This document shows positions 49,775 through 63,389 of a stretch of 64,000 nucleotides of DNA, piece after piece (within the stretch, counting starts at the first letter, position 1; each line of letters opens with the position of its first letter). Location: assembly GCF_902713615.1 (NCBI RefSeq), contig NC_052152.1, forward strand, positions 41,391,810 through 41,455,809. Reading direction: 5' to 3'. Source of the stretch: Scyliorhinus canicula (Eukaryota). Position numbers and translations under genes: made by a program. The notes below the pieces were generated by a model. The model was not told the DNA's origin. It ran no database searches and worked only from the letters and a program-made list of their open reading frames with translations.

Positions 49775-51011
49775 GGTATTTTTGGCTTTAAAAGCAAATA
49801 TCTAACCAACATTACGGCCGTCAAAATTGAAGAAATATTGGAGCGAGACTTGAGAGTTAAACAGATTGCCTGTCCATTTAAACAGATTTATGTCGACGAA
49901 GGAGAAGCGCTAAAATAACTTGAGATATTTTTTAAAATGAGTAAATTTTCATTGAATTACGTGACAGGTCAAAGGGACTACAATCAAATAGACTCTACTT
50001 AATCAATAAAATGGAAATAGTTTTGTGTTATAATGCAAGTATGTTTTGTTCTGAATTGATGCTATGATATTGGTGCTAGAATGGGAACCGGAATATGTGG
50101 TAGATACTATGATGTATCATCATATTGAAATTACAGTGCTGAAATGTTGCTGCGACAGAGCATCTTTTATTACTTGTTATTTCTCACCCTCAGAATGTAT
50201 GTTTACTTCTTGTTCCTGCATATCTCTCTGCATGTTAGTCAAATGGAGTGAAACAGATACACAGCCTCTCTGAGTGCCATTATTCTAATTGCCAGGGACA
50301 AGGGCTACACAGATATTCATTGACCAATCATTTTGTATTGTGCTATTAAGTGTTGACTTGTGGAGAGTACACTTCCAATGTTAACCTGAGAGTTTGTCAG
50401 CCAGCAGTTAGTTTTCATTTTCCTGTTAACAAAGGTGAGATTGGAGTGTGTTATTCTCTTCTGCAAGGCAATTCCTATTGAATTTTGATCAGAATCCCCA
50501 TCCATTTATGTATTTCTGAAGTAATATAAAGGATCCTGATGCTCTGATTTAGGCTTCATCTAACAATGAAGCAATAGCATTTCTAAAGTTCCAGGATCAC
50601 AGAATTCAAATACCATAAACCAGAGAATAACAGACATAAACATCTATTTAATAGGATGAGTTGAATTGGCGAGCACAGTTCTATAGAGGATAAAATATCA
50701 CGGTGTGTCACAAATCTCACTGTGTGCTGCCATTCACTGACTCAAATTTTAAAAATTGCTTTAATTTATTCGCTTCATTAATTTATTTCTGCTGTTTTTA
50801 GACTTTTTTAAACCAAAGACAGGAAAGTATAGCTTCAGCACCTGATCCAGTCTGTTGCAAACAATAATTTGCATTGCGAGTCTGCAAATATCAACTCAAT
50901 GAGCAGTACCTCCAGAGCAATCTTCATTTACTGTAATTGTTTAGCACTTTCAGATATAACATTTATGCTGGTCAGCAAGTTCATAGAACACAACTTGCAT
51001 TTATGTGGACT

Positions 51012-51322
51012 GGGGCGAAATTCTCCCAATGGGAGAGAAAGTGCCGACGCCGGAGTGAAAACCGGAGTGTTCCCCCCCCCCCCCCCCCCCCCCCCTCCCC
51101 ACCCCCACAGGACGCACACGCAGCGATCGCGCGCTGTTCATGCCGGCAGCAACCAGGTGTGGTTGGCGCCGGTGTGAACCGGTCGGATTGGGCAGGCCGC
51201 TCGGCCCATCCGGGCCGGAGAATCACCGCTCGACGGTGAGCGGCGATTCTCCAAGCGGCCTGTCGTAAAACTCGGCACGCCGTTTTGGGGGGGTGGGAGA
51301 ATCACGTGCGGGTGCCAGGGCG
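51012..51322. mobile_element. Truncated MITE related to 58078-58711
   Basis: Starts ggggcgaaattctcc and contains gcgattctcc/ggagaatc motifs. Confidence 0.6.
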
Positions 51323-54300
51323 TAACTAAAAGACCAAATGGTCGGAAAATAAAAACAGGAGAAGTGTATATACAGAGAAATATGAAGAGAAAATTGAATT
51401 ATACATACCATTGGCCGGGCTTTCTCCCCCCCCACTTCCTTTCTGTTTTTAAAAAAAATGTATACAGAACAGGCAGATCAAAGCTGGGTGGGAGGGGCGC
51501 CTGGATGGTGCACCTGATGTTCTTTGCTTCACCCGGTCGGTTTACGTTTTTGTTTGGTGCGTTTGCTTCTGCTTTGGCCGCCTGTCGTTCCTTCCTCCTG
51601 TACCTACTTACTCTCTTTTACTCTGTTGTGTTTGTTGTGGTCGTTGTCGTTTCGCATGCTCGCCTTCCTGTTTGTGTTCCCTCCTCTTTCCTCCCCTCTA
51701 TTATTCTCCTCCCCTTGTCCTTCTTCCTTCCCTGCCCCCCCCCTTTGCCCCCCTTCTCTGCCCCCCTCACCCCCTCCTCCCCCTCCCCTCCCTCTCTGCA
51801 GCTCCCCGTTCTTTTCATCTGCGTTTGGCTACCCATTCCTGCACTGCTCCCCCCGCGCCTGCCCTCCCACCCGGCTCCTCCCTCCCTTCCCTCTCTTTTC
51901 TCGTGTCTTGGCTACTTTTCACTGGCTCTTGGCTACTTGATTATTTATTTGTTTCTTCGTTGGCCACAAACAGGTCCCGCAACAGTTGGGTAAATGGCTC
52001 CCATGTTCCGACGAAGACCCCTTCCGACCCCCGGATGGCGAACTTGATTTTCTCCGTTTGGAGAGAATCTGATAGGTCGGACAGCCAGTCTGCAGCTTTG
52101 GGTGGGGTGCTGCTGACCACCAGCCGAGCAGAATTTTACAACTGCCGATCAGGGATGCAAAGGCAAGGGGGTCCGTCCTCCTCCCCATGAAGAGATCTGG
52201 CTGGTCTGATACCCCGAAGACTGCCACTTTTGGGGATGGCTCCATCCTCATCCCCACCACTTTGGGCATTGCTTTAAAGAAGGCCATCCAGAACCCCGCA
52301 AGTCTGGGGCAAGACCAGAACATGTGGGCGTGGTTGGCTGGGCCTCCTTGGCACCGTTCACATCTGTCCTCCACCTCCAGGAAGAACCTACTCATTCGGG
52401 TTCTTGCTAAGTGGGCTCTAGGTACCACCTTTAGTTGCGTTAGGTTGAGTCTTGCGCACTTTGAGGTGGAATTGACACTGTGCAGTGCTTTGCTCCAGAG
52501 TTCCCACCCTATTGCGAGCCCCAAGTCTTCCTCCCATTTCCTCCTCATTGCATCCAGTACAGTATCGGCCCTCTGTATCAGTAATTCATACATGTCGCTA
52601 CAGTTTCCTCTACCTAGAATGCTTGCATCCAGTAATTCCTCTAGTAGCTTCTGTCACGGTGGTCGTGATCGTTCTTGTCTCCTTCCGTCGGACGTTTTTA
52701 AGTTGAAGGTATCTGAGTTTGTTGCCCTTAGCTAGCTGGAATCTCCCCTTCAGTTTGTCCAGTGTTGTGACCCTGCCCTCGGTGTATAGGTCCCTGACTG
52801 TCAGTGTCCCCCTGTCCTGTCTCCACCTTTTAAAGGTGGCGTCAGTGAGTGCTGGCGTGAACCTATGGTTGTTGCAGATGGGGGCTTTGTTGGACATTTC
52901 GGTCAGGCCGAATTGCTGCCGTAACTGGTCCCAGGTCTGGAGAGTGGCTACCAGCACTGGATTGCTGGAGTGTTTTTTAGGTGGAGATGGGAGTGCCGCT
53001 GTGGCGTGGGCCCAGAGTGAGGTCCCCATGCAGGAAGCCTCCTCCGTGGGCACCTACTCGGCTTCTGGCTCCTTCTCTCTTTCTGCTGTGGCTGCCCAGT
53101 GGTAGTACTGTAGGTTTGGGAGGGCCAGCCCTCCCCTGGACTTTGTTTGCTGTAGGACCTTCTTTTGCATCCAAGCATTCTTCCCCCACCCCCCATACAA
53201 ATGCCATGATTAATTTGACAAGTAAGTTGAAAAAGGCCTTGGGGATATAGATGGGAATGGATCTAAGTAGGAAGAGGTACCTGAGCAGAATGTTCATTTT
53301 GATTGTCTGTACTCTCCCCGCCAGGGAGAATGGGAGTGTGTTCCATCTCTGCAGGTCCTTTTTGACTTCCTCTGTCAGACTAGTCAGGTTCCACTTGTGA
53401 ACCCCCACCGTCATGGGCTATTTGGATCTCCAGGTAGTGGAATGTGTGTCGGGCTTGTTTAAACGGCAGGCCCACCAGTGCTGTCCCTCACCCTTGCGGA
53501 GTCACCGGGAAAATCTCACTTTTGTTCATGTTGAGTTTGTAGCCCGAGAAGGCACCAAACTCTTTCAGGAGCGTGATGATTCCTTCCATGCTGCTTTGTG
53601 GGTCCGAAATGTGGAGGAGCAGGTCATCCGCGTAGAGCGAGACTCTGCTCTTTGCCTCCTCCATGGATACCTCTCTCATTTTTTGCTGTTCTGAGAGTGA
53701 TCGCTAGTGGTTCGGTTGTTAGGGTGAAGAGCAGTGTGGACAGGGGGCATCCCTGCCTGGTGCTCCTGTGCAGCTGGAAGTACTGGGAGCGGGTGTTGTT
53801 TGTTCGTACGCTAGCCATGCGAGCGCTGTACAAGAGCTTCATCCAGGAGGTGAACCCTATTCCAAGCCCAATACGCCCCAGTACCTCCATGAAGTAATTC
53901 TACTCGACTCTGTTGAAGGCCTTTTCTCGTCCAGGGAGACAATCACCTCTGGTATTCTCCTCCCGGATGGAGTCATGATCATGTTCAGCAGATGCCTGAT
54001 GTTCGATGTTAGCTGTCTACCTTTGACAAAGCCCATTTGGATCCTCTGCGACCACTTCTGGAACACCGGTCTCCGGCCTTTTGGCTAGGATCTTGGCCCG
54101 TACTTTGGCGTCTACGTTTAGTAGTGAGATGGGTCTGTATATCCGGCATTCTGTTGGGTCTTTGTCTTTCTTGGGTATAAGCGAGATTAAGGCCTGTGCT
54201 AGTGTAGGAGGCAGTGTGTCCCTCACCAGCGAGTCTGTGAACATCTCCTACAGGTGCGGGGCCAGTGCTGTCGCAAATTCTTTTATAGAAGTCCGCCGGG

Positions 54301-57300
54301 AACCCATCTGGTCCCGGCACCTTCCCCGCCAGCATGGAGCTAAAGCTGTCCATGATCTCTCCCAGTTCTGGTGGTGCTTCCAAGCCTCGTTTCCTGTCCT
54401 CCCCCATAACTGACATGTCCAGTCCGTCGAGGAACTGTTTCACCCCGAGTCCCCTGTTGGAGGCTCTGAGGTGTAGAGCCCCCGGTAAAAGGCCTCAAAG
54501 GTTTTATTCACCTTTTCTGGGTCTGTTTCCAATGTGCCTCTGTTGTCTCTAATTTGCGCAAACTCTCTGGTGGCTGCCTGCTTTCTCAGCTGGTGTGCTA
54601 GCAGGCAGCTGGTTTTGTCTCTGTGTTCCTCTCGGGTCCCCCGTGCCTGGCGGAGTTGGTGCATCGATTTCCTCGTGGAGAGCAGGTCAAAGTCCATTTG
54701 TAGCTTTTTCCTCTCCAGCAGGAGCTCTAGAGTCAGGGCCTCGGAGTATTTACGATCTACCTCCAGTATTGAGTTGACCAACTGCTGCTTAGCCGTCCCT
54801 TCCTCCCTGTCTCTTTGCGCTTTGAAGGCGGTAACTTCCCCTTTAATCACGGCCTTTAGCGCCTCCCAGAATGTGGAGGGTGAGACCTCCCCGTTTTGGT
54901 TGTTCTGCGTATGCTCCGCTATGGCCTGTGATACCCTCTCGCTGAAAGCCGTGTCGGCCAGTGGGGCAGTGTCCAACCTCCATGTGGGGTGTTGGGTACT
55001 GCCCATCTCCAATCTCACAACCGTATTATGTGGAGCGTGGTCGGAGATTACGATTGCGGAGTATTCCGCTTTGACCAACCCTGGAAGCACCGATTTCCCC
55101 ATTGGGGCATTGGGGAGAAGAAGGAGAACTCTTTCTCCCCTGGGTGTGTGTACCTCCAGGGGTCCACCGCCCCCATCTGCTCCATAAAATGACCGAGTTC
55201 CTGTGCCATGTTCGAGGTCTTCCCTGTTTTGGGGTTTGACCTGTCTGTCCGTGGGTCCTGTACACAGTTAAAGCCCCGCCCCATGATCAGTTGGTGCATC
55301 GCTAAGTCGGTCATTTCCGACATGATCTTTTTAATGAATTTTGTATCGTCCCAGTTGGGAGCGTACACGTTAACAAGTACTACTGGTGCCCTGTACAGGG
55401 CCCCGCTGACCATGATGTACCGTCTGATGTGTTGGGTCTGCGAGGACTGCATTTACCATAGCAGTGAGAGAGACAGGCTTCCAACACTTGGAGAAATGCA
55501 ATTCTATTTTATTGAACTACCAACTGTTAAACATACTTGAACTGTGGGTTGACACTATGCTGAGTTGACTGGAGACCTGAGGCTAACCTGACCAGATTAT
55601 TATGCTACCACATGGTGGATGTTCTTGTTGTTGCTCACGGGCTCTGGCTGCCTCAGAGGCTGCATCCCAAGAGAGCGGGAAAACTAATGCCCTCTGGCTT
55701 TATAGTGGCCGTGTCCTGTCTGATTGGCTGCTGTGTTCTGTGTGTTAATTGGTCATCCAGTGTGTCAATCTATGTCTGTCTGTGCACCATCATATACTTG
55801 TGTGTATATTATGACACCGTCCCTCTAGGTTCGTAACCTTCTTTGTTGCCTTATACATCGTCCTCTTATTGATCAACCCCCTGGCCCTTATCCCATAACA
55901 GGAATGGTAGGTCTGTTCCTCCCAGACCTTTCTTACCCACTGTCGGTTCTGCTCTCCCAGGCGTGTCTCTTGGTGGAAGACTATGTCGGCTTTCATATTT
56001 CGTAGGTGGGTGAAGACTCTGGATCTTTTCCCTGGATGGTTGACTCCTCTGGCGTTCCAGGTGACTATCTTGGTGGGTTTTTTTTGTCTCCCTGTTCCTG
56101 TGGGATTAACCATATTGACCTAGTGGATGTGCCCCTGCACTCCAGGGTTTCCCTTTGTTAGGGGGCTGTCCAAGATGGCCACTGTCACTGCTGTCCCCGT
56201 GAGGTCAGGTCCCTGCGCTCCGGGGTTTCTCTTTGTCCAGGGGGCACCCATAATGGCCGCCAGCTGAGCGTCTGCCATGTGGACCTGCCCCGTATTCCGG
56301 GGTCTCCCTTCGCCCAGAGGCGGTTCTGGGGTAGTTGCTTGCAATGCTTCCTTGCTCCGGGCCCCTGGTTGCAGCCCTTTGTAGCCATTTTGCCGCTCCC
56401 CCCTCTGGTCCTATTTTTACCCCCCTCCTTATGTCCCCCCCAGACCCCCTTCCCCCCCCATCCCCCCTTTCCCGTGCTTCCCCACTTTGTCCCCCCCTTC
56501 TCCAAGCTCTTTCCCCCCTTTTCTCCCTCGTCCCCGCTGTGTGTTCCACCCCCCCCCCCCCCCCCCCCCCGCCTGAAGTCATCCCCCCTGTCGGGGGTGC
56601 GCTGCGGCCTTTCTCTGTTGCATGCTCCCGGCGCTAGCTTTCCCGCTCGTGTGGTGACACCCCCTCCCGGGAGTTACTGTGTTGTTTCTCACTTGCCTGC
56701 TCTCTGTCATTCCTGACCGTTCTTTCCACCCCTTACCCTGCTCTCCTCTCGCTTGCCTCTCTGCTTTCCCTTCTCCGCTGCTCTCGTTCTCTCGAACGAG
56801 GTTGCGGTTTCCCGTGTGAAGTGGGCCCACAGGTGGTGGCTTGCTGCTTGTTGCTCAGGGTATGTTGGGGGTGGGGGGGGAGGGAGGGAAGGGTGGGTGG
56901 CTGAGGTGCTTCCTTCCCCCCCCCCCCCCACATTCATCGGCACGTCGCCATGCTGTTGTTCCTTGCCAGGAGCCCATTATCGCTTCCCCTGCTGTCGCTG
57001 TTCCAGCCCGCATTCCACGACAAACTTGCCTGCCTCAGGTGGGGCTATAAAAAAGTGTTCCTTGCCTTGGTATGTGACCGAGTTTGGCTATTACTGCCCT
57101 CGGTTGTACCCGGCTTTGAGTTTCGGGCCCAGAGACCGGTGTGCCCTGTCTATTTCTGGTGCGTTGGGGAAAGTTTCTCTTCCCACCAGGTTGCCCAGCA
57201 TCTCGGCCACATAGACCGAGGGTCCCTGCCTTCAATTCCCCTTGGAAGGCCCACAATCCACAGGTTTTGCCTCCTTGAGCGGTTCTCCTGATCCTCTATT

Positions 57301-57808
57301 TCACCCTGAGACTGCCCTGTGTCGTGACCAACCTCGCCATCTCTTTCTCCAACATCACGATCAGATCACTCTGGTCAGTTGTGGCCTTTTCCATGTCCTT
57401 GATGGTAGCCTCTTGGGCTTCCAATCTCTTCTCCACTCTGCTCAGGGTGAGCTGTATTTGGGCTAGAGTCTTGGTCATCGCGGCCTCAATGTCCGCTTTT
57501 ATCTCGGCCTTTATCTCCTGCTGGTGCTCCCTTAGTGCCTCAGTGAAGGATGTCTTCCTTCACCGAAGCTTTGTGCTCTGATTGGCTTGTCCGAGTGTGG
57601 CCATTCCTGGCCCTTCAACTCCTGGTCTGTGTTCGGCCCTAGTTTGGCTTTTTCCGGGAATCTTTTCCTATATTCCCCCTCTCTTTCTTCCTTCCTCTGA
57701 CTGACTAAGGTTGGGGAATGAGTTGTTACGTTTTTTGGCAAGTTTTCATTGAAAAGTGACTATTTTGCAGGTCCGACGTGCTCAGCACATTGTCGTCACC
57801 AGAAGTCC
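51323..57808 (-). mobile_element. Near-full-length L1 (5' UTR, ORF1, ORF2 EN-RT), degenerate
   Basis: 5' end ggacttctggtgacg; ORF1 coiled-coil fragments; EN (IVTWNARGVN..HQET, LVNVYAPNWDD, ISDHAP); RT (RPISLLNVDAK, YADD); many frameshifts. Confidence 0.95.
55425..55816 (-). mobile_element. Solo LTR inserted in the L1 endonuclease domain
   Basis: TG..CA termini, 5-bp TSD CCGTC, TATAAA and AATAAA on the minus strand. Confidence 0.92.
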
Positions 57809-58077
57809 TGATGTCCACCCTAAGCAATGTGAATAACCCATACTCATTTGTCATGCAAATTTCCCTAATTATTAAATTCAAAGTTGCCAGAACCCAAAAC
57901 TTTAATTGAATTGGGAAAGCTTATGAGAACTCTAAGTCATTTTTATCAAGGTTTCCATTGAAAATAAAGTCTATTTCAAACACAGAACTGCACTATTTCA
58001 CTAAGTTTCTAAATGCAATGGACGTAAAATACAGAAGAGATACTAGTATATAATGCATTGGATTCAAACAGAAATAT

Positions 58078-58711
58078 GGGCGCGATTCTCCGCCCCCCAC
58101 GGCCGCCCCACGACACGAATCGCTGCTCGCCGTTTTTGTACGGCGAGCAGCGATTCTTCCCTATCCGATGGGCCAATTTCCCAGGCCTTTACGACCGTTT
58201 TCACGAATTTAAACACACCTGCTATCACAGTTCGTGAAAACGGCCGCAAAGTGCTGTTCTGCACAACCATGCCACCGATTGGCACGGCCATGGCATGGGC
58301 CCACGATCGGTGTGCACCGATCGCGGGCAGCGGGTCCGATTCCCGCGCACTCTTTGTCCCTCCGCCGCCCCGCAGGATCAGTCCACGGGGCGGCTGAGGG
58401 GCATGACGGACCGCGCATGCGCGGGTTTGACGCATATGCGCGATGACGTCATCCGCACATGCGCGGGTTGGAGCCGTCCAACCCGCGCATGCACGGCTGA
58501 TGTCATCATGCGCGTCAGCCGCCGTGAGTCTTGGCGGCCGGGCTTAGCGAACGTTCGCTAAGCCCGCACTGCCGTTCTTCCCGGGGCCGCGATGCTAGCC
58601 CCGACCGGGGGGGTGAATCGGGTCCCGGGAAGGGGCGCGGAGGCTGCCGTGAAACACGGCCGGTTTCATGGCAGCCTTTACGACTCTCTGCATTTGCGGA
58701 GAATCGCGCCC
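58078..58711. mobile_element. Intact PIF/Harbinger-type MITE
   Basis: Perfect 16-bp TIR GGGCGCGATTCTCCGC, 3-bp TSD TAT, no coding capacity, CpG-rich. Confidence 0.92.
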
Positions 58712-60611
58712 TATAGTTTCTCATGTCCAAGAGCCACAATTCATTCTGTTTCTCATATGTATTGCATGCTTCCCTGACAGTGCTCCATTGCAAGCCAGAG
58801 GATACAGTGTTTTGTAATAAAGGAATGTTTATGTCATGTAGAGCCATTAATTTACAGCTACTGAATGTTAAATTCCATTTTTATGACATGGTAGTCTTAG
58901 AAGTTTACTAGGCTTTGAAGGCCGAAGCCCATGATCCTCTATACCTTTAATGTTTTATCCTTTACCTGTTTTAACACTGTGAATGCAGTTGAATTCACCA
59001 AGTGAGACAATGAATGAAGCTGGAGTTTGGTATCGAGGCCTGAATGTTTGCAAAGGCAGAAAGGTCCCTTGCCTTAGCCAAAAGGCCACTAGAGCACAGA
59101 ATCTAGAATTCTGAAGTCCAGCCCTCATAACCAGAACTCACCATTTTTGAGGGGGTGTTGGTGCAGGGGTCGGGAGGGGTGGTGGGAGGGGGGAGCATGG
59201 TGGGGGGGGGGGGGGGGAACAGCAGTCTGCAGTGCACGGAGTGCCGCTGCCTTCAAACTGAAGCAGTTTTGGTCACACAGGCTTCTGAAACATTACTTCC
59301 TGGCTTTACAAATTTAATTCAGAGGCCTAAACCTACCAGACATATTTGGAGAGCTCAGGCACCACTTTGGGACTGTTGAGAGTAGACATGAACGTGCATG
59401 AAACATGTGGAATTTGGAAATGCGGAGCGGCTACGTTATTTAAATCTCCTGCTCTGCAATTAAAATAAATTGCTGCTTGCAATTTCAATAGATGTTTGTT
59501 GACATGAACCAAGTAATATCATTTTAGAGTATTATTTATGCTTGGCAACTTCCACAATCTCTCATCATGTCATCAAGGTGGGGGTGATGGGGGTTGAGGG
59601 GGTTGCAGGGGTCTTCAGTTAACAGTTTAATTGACAGCTCCAAGTAGTCATAAAAGATCAACTGTCATTGATGTGGAGCTATGAATACAAATATTTGTTT
59701 TTATAAGGGAATTATGTACCTGGAAGTCTTTAAATGTATTGAATCAACTTTTATCGTGAAAGTGTTTTTTTTTAATATAGTGAAGACTATAATAGATATT
59801 TTTTTCATCTTTTGGCTCCTGAGGTCTGCCCATGGCAGATACTGTGTGAGTTGACATTGAGGGGTGGGTAAAGGGTGGGGTCCATGGTTGGCATTAATTG
59901 GCATTGGGGTTACAAAGGGCCATGGGAATGAATGGTGATGGTGGATTGGAATGAGTTGGCAATACATTGGCACAAAGGGACATGAAAGGTAGGGGGCATA
60001 GGTGGGCATGGAGGGTATGAGGGTCATGGGGGAATGAGCTGGCATGGAGGGGGCATAGGGAGTGTGTGAGAGGTGAGAGGGTGTGAGCTGGAGAGCTTTT
60101 TTATTGTTTTTATTATAACTGGGACAAAGTCCTGCAACACTTTTAAAAACAGCCCAGCTCAATACCTGACTGCCCCTTTTGCTGTTTCTGCACTGTTTTC
60201 GGGGACAGTGACCCTGGTCCAGTTAGCACCCCCCACCCCACCTCAGGTTGGGTTTACCAAGTCAATACTGAGGAGCTGTAATGTGACTTCACAACATGGG
60301 GATCAGCCAAGTTTGGTTTCTCTTAAGGTTGGCCTGACTTTGGCAGTGCTGCCGTGGAGCTTCTGGAGTTTTGCAACAAGGGTGTGATATTTCCGTCTGG
60401 CATCATTTGAAATTGTGGAAACCTGTCATTTGGCAGAACAAGGAGCTGTACATTATGTGGGTTGTCTCATTGATATCTTTCTGCTGCCTATTAACAACAA
60501 CAGCTTGAATTTATATAGCTCCATTAACTTTGTACAATGCTCCAAAATGTTTCATAGGAGTATTATCAAACAAAAATCTGATCGTGAACCACTTCAGTAG
60601 ATATTAGGACA

Positions 60612-62390
60612 GGAGGAGGCGGTGGTGTTGTGGTATTGTCGTTGGACTGCGATCCAGAAACTCAGGGCAATACTCTGCGGACCCAGGCGCCACAGCCGAT
60701 GGGGGAAATTGAATCCAATAAGTATCTGAAATGAAACGTCTAATGATGGCAATGAAACCATTGTCAAAAAAACCCCAGCTGGTTCACTTATGCCCTTCAT
60801 CAAAGGAAACCTGACATGGTTACCTGACCTGGCCTACATGTGATTCCAGACCCACAGAAATCTGGTTGACTCTTAAATGCCTTCTGAAATGGCCGAGCAA
60901 GCCACTCAGTTTTATCAAACCACTACAAAGTCAATAAGAAAAGAAATAAACCAGATGGATCACCTGGCATCAACCTAGACACTGGAAACGACAATGGCAA
61001 ACCCAACCCTGTCAACCCTGCAAAGTCCTCTTCACTAACATCTGGGGGCTTGTGCCAAAATTGGGAGAGTTGTCTCACAGACTAGACATGCAATAGCCTG
61101 AGCCTGGCATAGTCATTCTCACAGAGTCATACCTTACTGATAATGTCCCAGACACCACCATCACTATTTCTGGGCCTGCCTTCCGGAGGTGGCGGCACAG
61201 TGGTACACAGTCAGGAGGGAGTCCTCATGGAGTCACATTACTTCAGGTCAAACATGGGCAAGGAAGCTTCCTGCTAATTACCGTGACCCATTCATTGTCA
61301 GCTGATGAATCAGTACTCCTCCATGTTGAGCACCAATTGAAGGAAGCACTGAAGGTGGCAAGAGCATGGAATGCACATTGGGTTGGGGACCTCAATGTCC
61401 ATCACCAAGATTAGCTCAGTAGCACCATTACTGACCAATCTGGCTGGATCCTAAAGGACATAGCTGCTAGACTTGTTCTGTGACAGGTCAACAAGGGGGA
61501 AAACAACCAGACCTTATCCTTGCCAACCTGCCTCCTGCAGATGCACCTGTGCATGACAGTCCTTGTGGAGATGAAGTCCTGTCTTCTCATTGAAGATACC
61601 CTCGTGTTGTGTGGCACTACCATTGTGCTAAATGGGATAGATTCAGGACAGATATAGCAAATCAGGACTGGGCATATATGAGACGCTGTGGGCCAATAGG
61701 AGTAGAATTGTACTCAACCACAATCTGTAACCTCATGGCCTGGCATATCCCCCACTCTACCATTACCACCAAGCCAGGGGATCAACCCTGGTTCAATGAA
61801 GAGTGCAGGGGAGTATGCCAGGAGCAACATCAGGCATACGGAAAAATGATGTGTCAACCTGGTGAAGCTACAACACAGGACTACTTGCGTGCCAAACATC
61901 AGAAGCAGCAAGTAATAGACAGAGCTAAGCGATCCACAGCCAATGGATCAGATCTAAGCTTTGCAGTCATGCCACATCCTGTCCAAAATGGTGGTGGACA
62001 ATTAATAACTCACTGGAGGAGGTGGCACCACCAATATCCCCAAGCTTAATGATGGAGGAGCCCAGCACATCTGTGCAAAGGATAAGGCTGAGGCATCTGT
62101 AACAATCCTCAGCCAGCAGTACCAAGTGGATAATCCATCTCGGTCTCCTCCAGAGGCCCCCAGCGTCACAGAAGCCAGTCTTCAGCAAATACAATCCACA
62201 TGATATCAAGAAATGGCTGAAGGCACTGGATACTGCAAAGGCCATGGGCGCTGACAATATTCCTGCAATAGTACCCAAGACTTGTGCTCCAGAACTTGCC
62301 ACGCCCTGAACCAAGCTGTCCCGGTACAGCTACAACACTGACATCTACCCAACAATGTAGAAAGTTGACCAGGTGTGACCTGTACACACA
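60612..62390 (+). mobile_element. Family C LINE 5' portion: tRNA-like head, short UTR, then endonuclease with no ORF1
   Basis: Head ggcggtggtgttgtggtattgtc; EN remnants (NIWGLVPKLGELSHRL, GGGTVVYS, GDLNVHH); linker to MGADNIPA. Confidence 0.8.
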
Positions 62391-63104
62391 ATAATTTTGA
62401 GTGGGAAACCACTTGCAATCCAGCTTGGTTGTTGCTCCAAGGAAGCAGCATATCCCACAATTCTACAGAAAATGTTAATTGGAAAATTAAATGATATAAC
62501 TGGCTAACTTGCACTCGTGGACAGAGCTTTCATTAATGGTCATGATGGAATATTCTGGCCACATTTATTTCCCCCCTGCTCCCCCGCCACCGCACTCATC
62601 CCATTGGATTCTCCACGTGGGGACAGGGATTGGAATTGAAGGGTTAATACGATCATCCCAGCAGCCAAGGGGTGGAAAGGACCATGTTCGAAGAATTTTA
62701 GAATGGACTGAATTACCTTGGTATCCTTTTGAGCATGAGGGGATCAGAGATCCTCTGAATTCACCCTTATCAGTGTCCTTAATATAGCAGGCTGCATTTC
62801 CTCCACCTCTCAGTGGTTCAAAATAGCAATCCGGTTCCCACAAGTACTTTTCCTGGTTTGCGGTGAACAATGTTTAAGCAACAATTCTTGTAGATCAAGT
62901 TTAATTGAGAAGTTTCTTCCTTCAGTCCAATTTATCCAGAGTATTGTGTTCAGATTGGGTTGACCTAGCTATCAGTTTTTAAAGTTTCTTTGTGTGGTTG
63001 ATATTGGGGAAGGACTTGTTAAAGAGTGGAATGATGCGATGTAAGGAGTGCAGTTATTCAGGAGGAGCCCGTATATGTATCCCAAGTACATTCAGAGTAT
63101 GGCA

Positions 63105-63385
63105 GGGCGGCACGGTGGCAAGTGGTTGCCACTGCTGCTTCACAGTGCCAGGGTCGATTGTGACCCGCGTGGGTTTCCTCCGAGTGCTCTGGTTTCCTCC
63201 CACAGTCCAAAGATGTGCAGGTTAGGTGGACTGGCCAATCAAAATGGCCCGAGTCTCCAAAGGTTAGGTGGGGTTACAGGTTTAAGGGAGTAGGACTAGG
63301 GAGGGTGCTCTTTCAAGAGGGTCAGTGCAGACTTGAATGGCCGAATGGCCTCCTTCTGCACTGCAGTGATTCTATGATTCTATGA
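63105..63385 (+). mobile_element. HE1-type V-SINE with internal deletion
   Basis: Head, partial V domain and (ttctatga)n tail. Confidence 0.92.
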
Positions 63386-63389
63386 AAAG

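Noticed and set aside
51364-51993. Proline-rich 209-aa ORF
   Set aside because: It is the antisense of the G-rich L1 3' UTR; low complexity.
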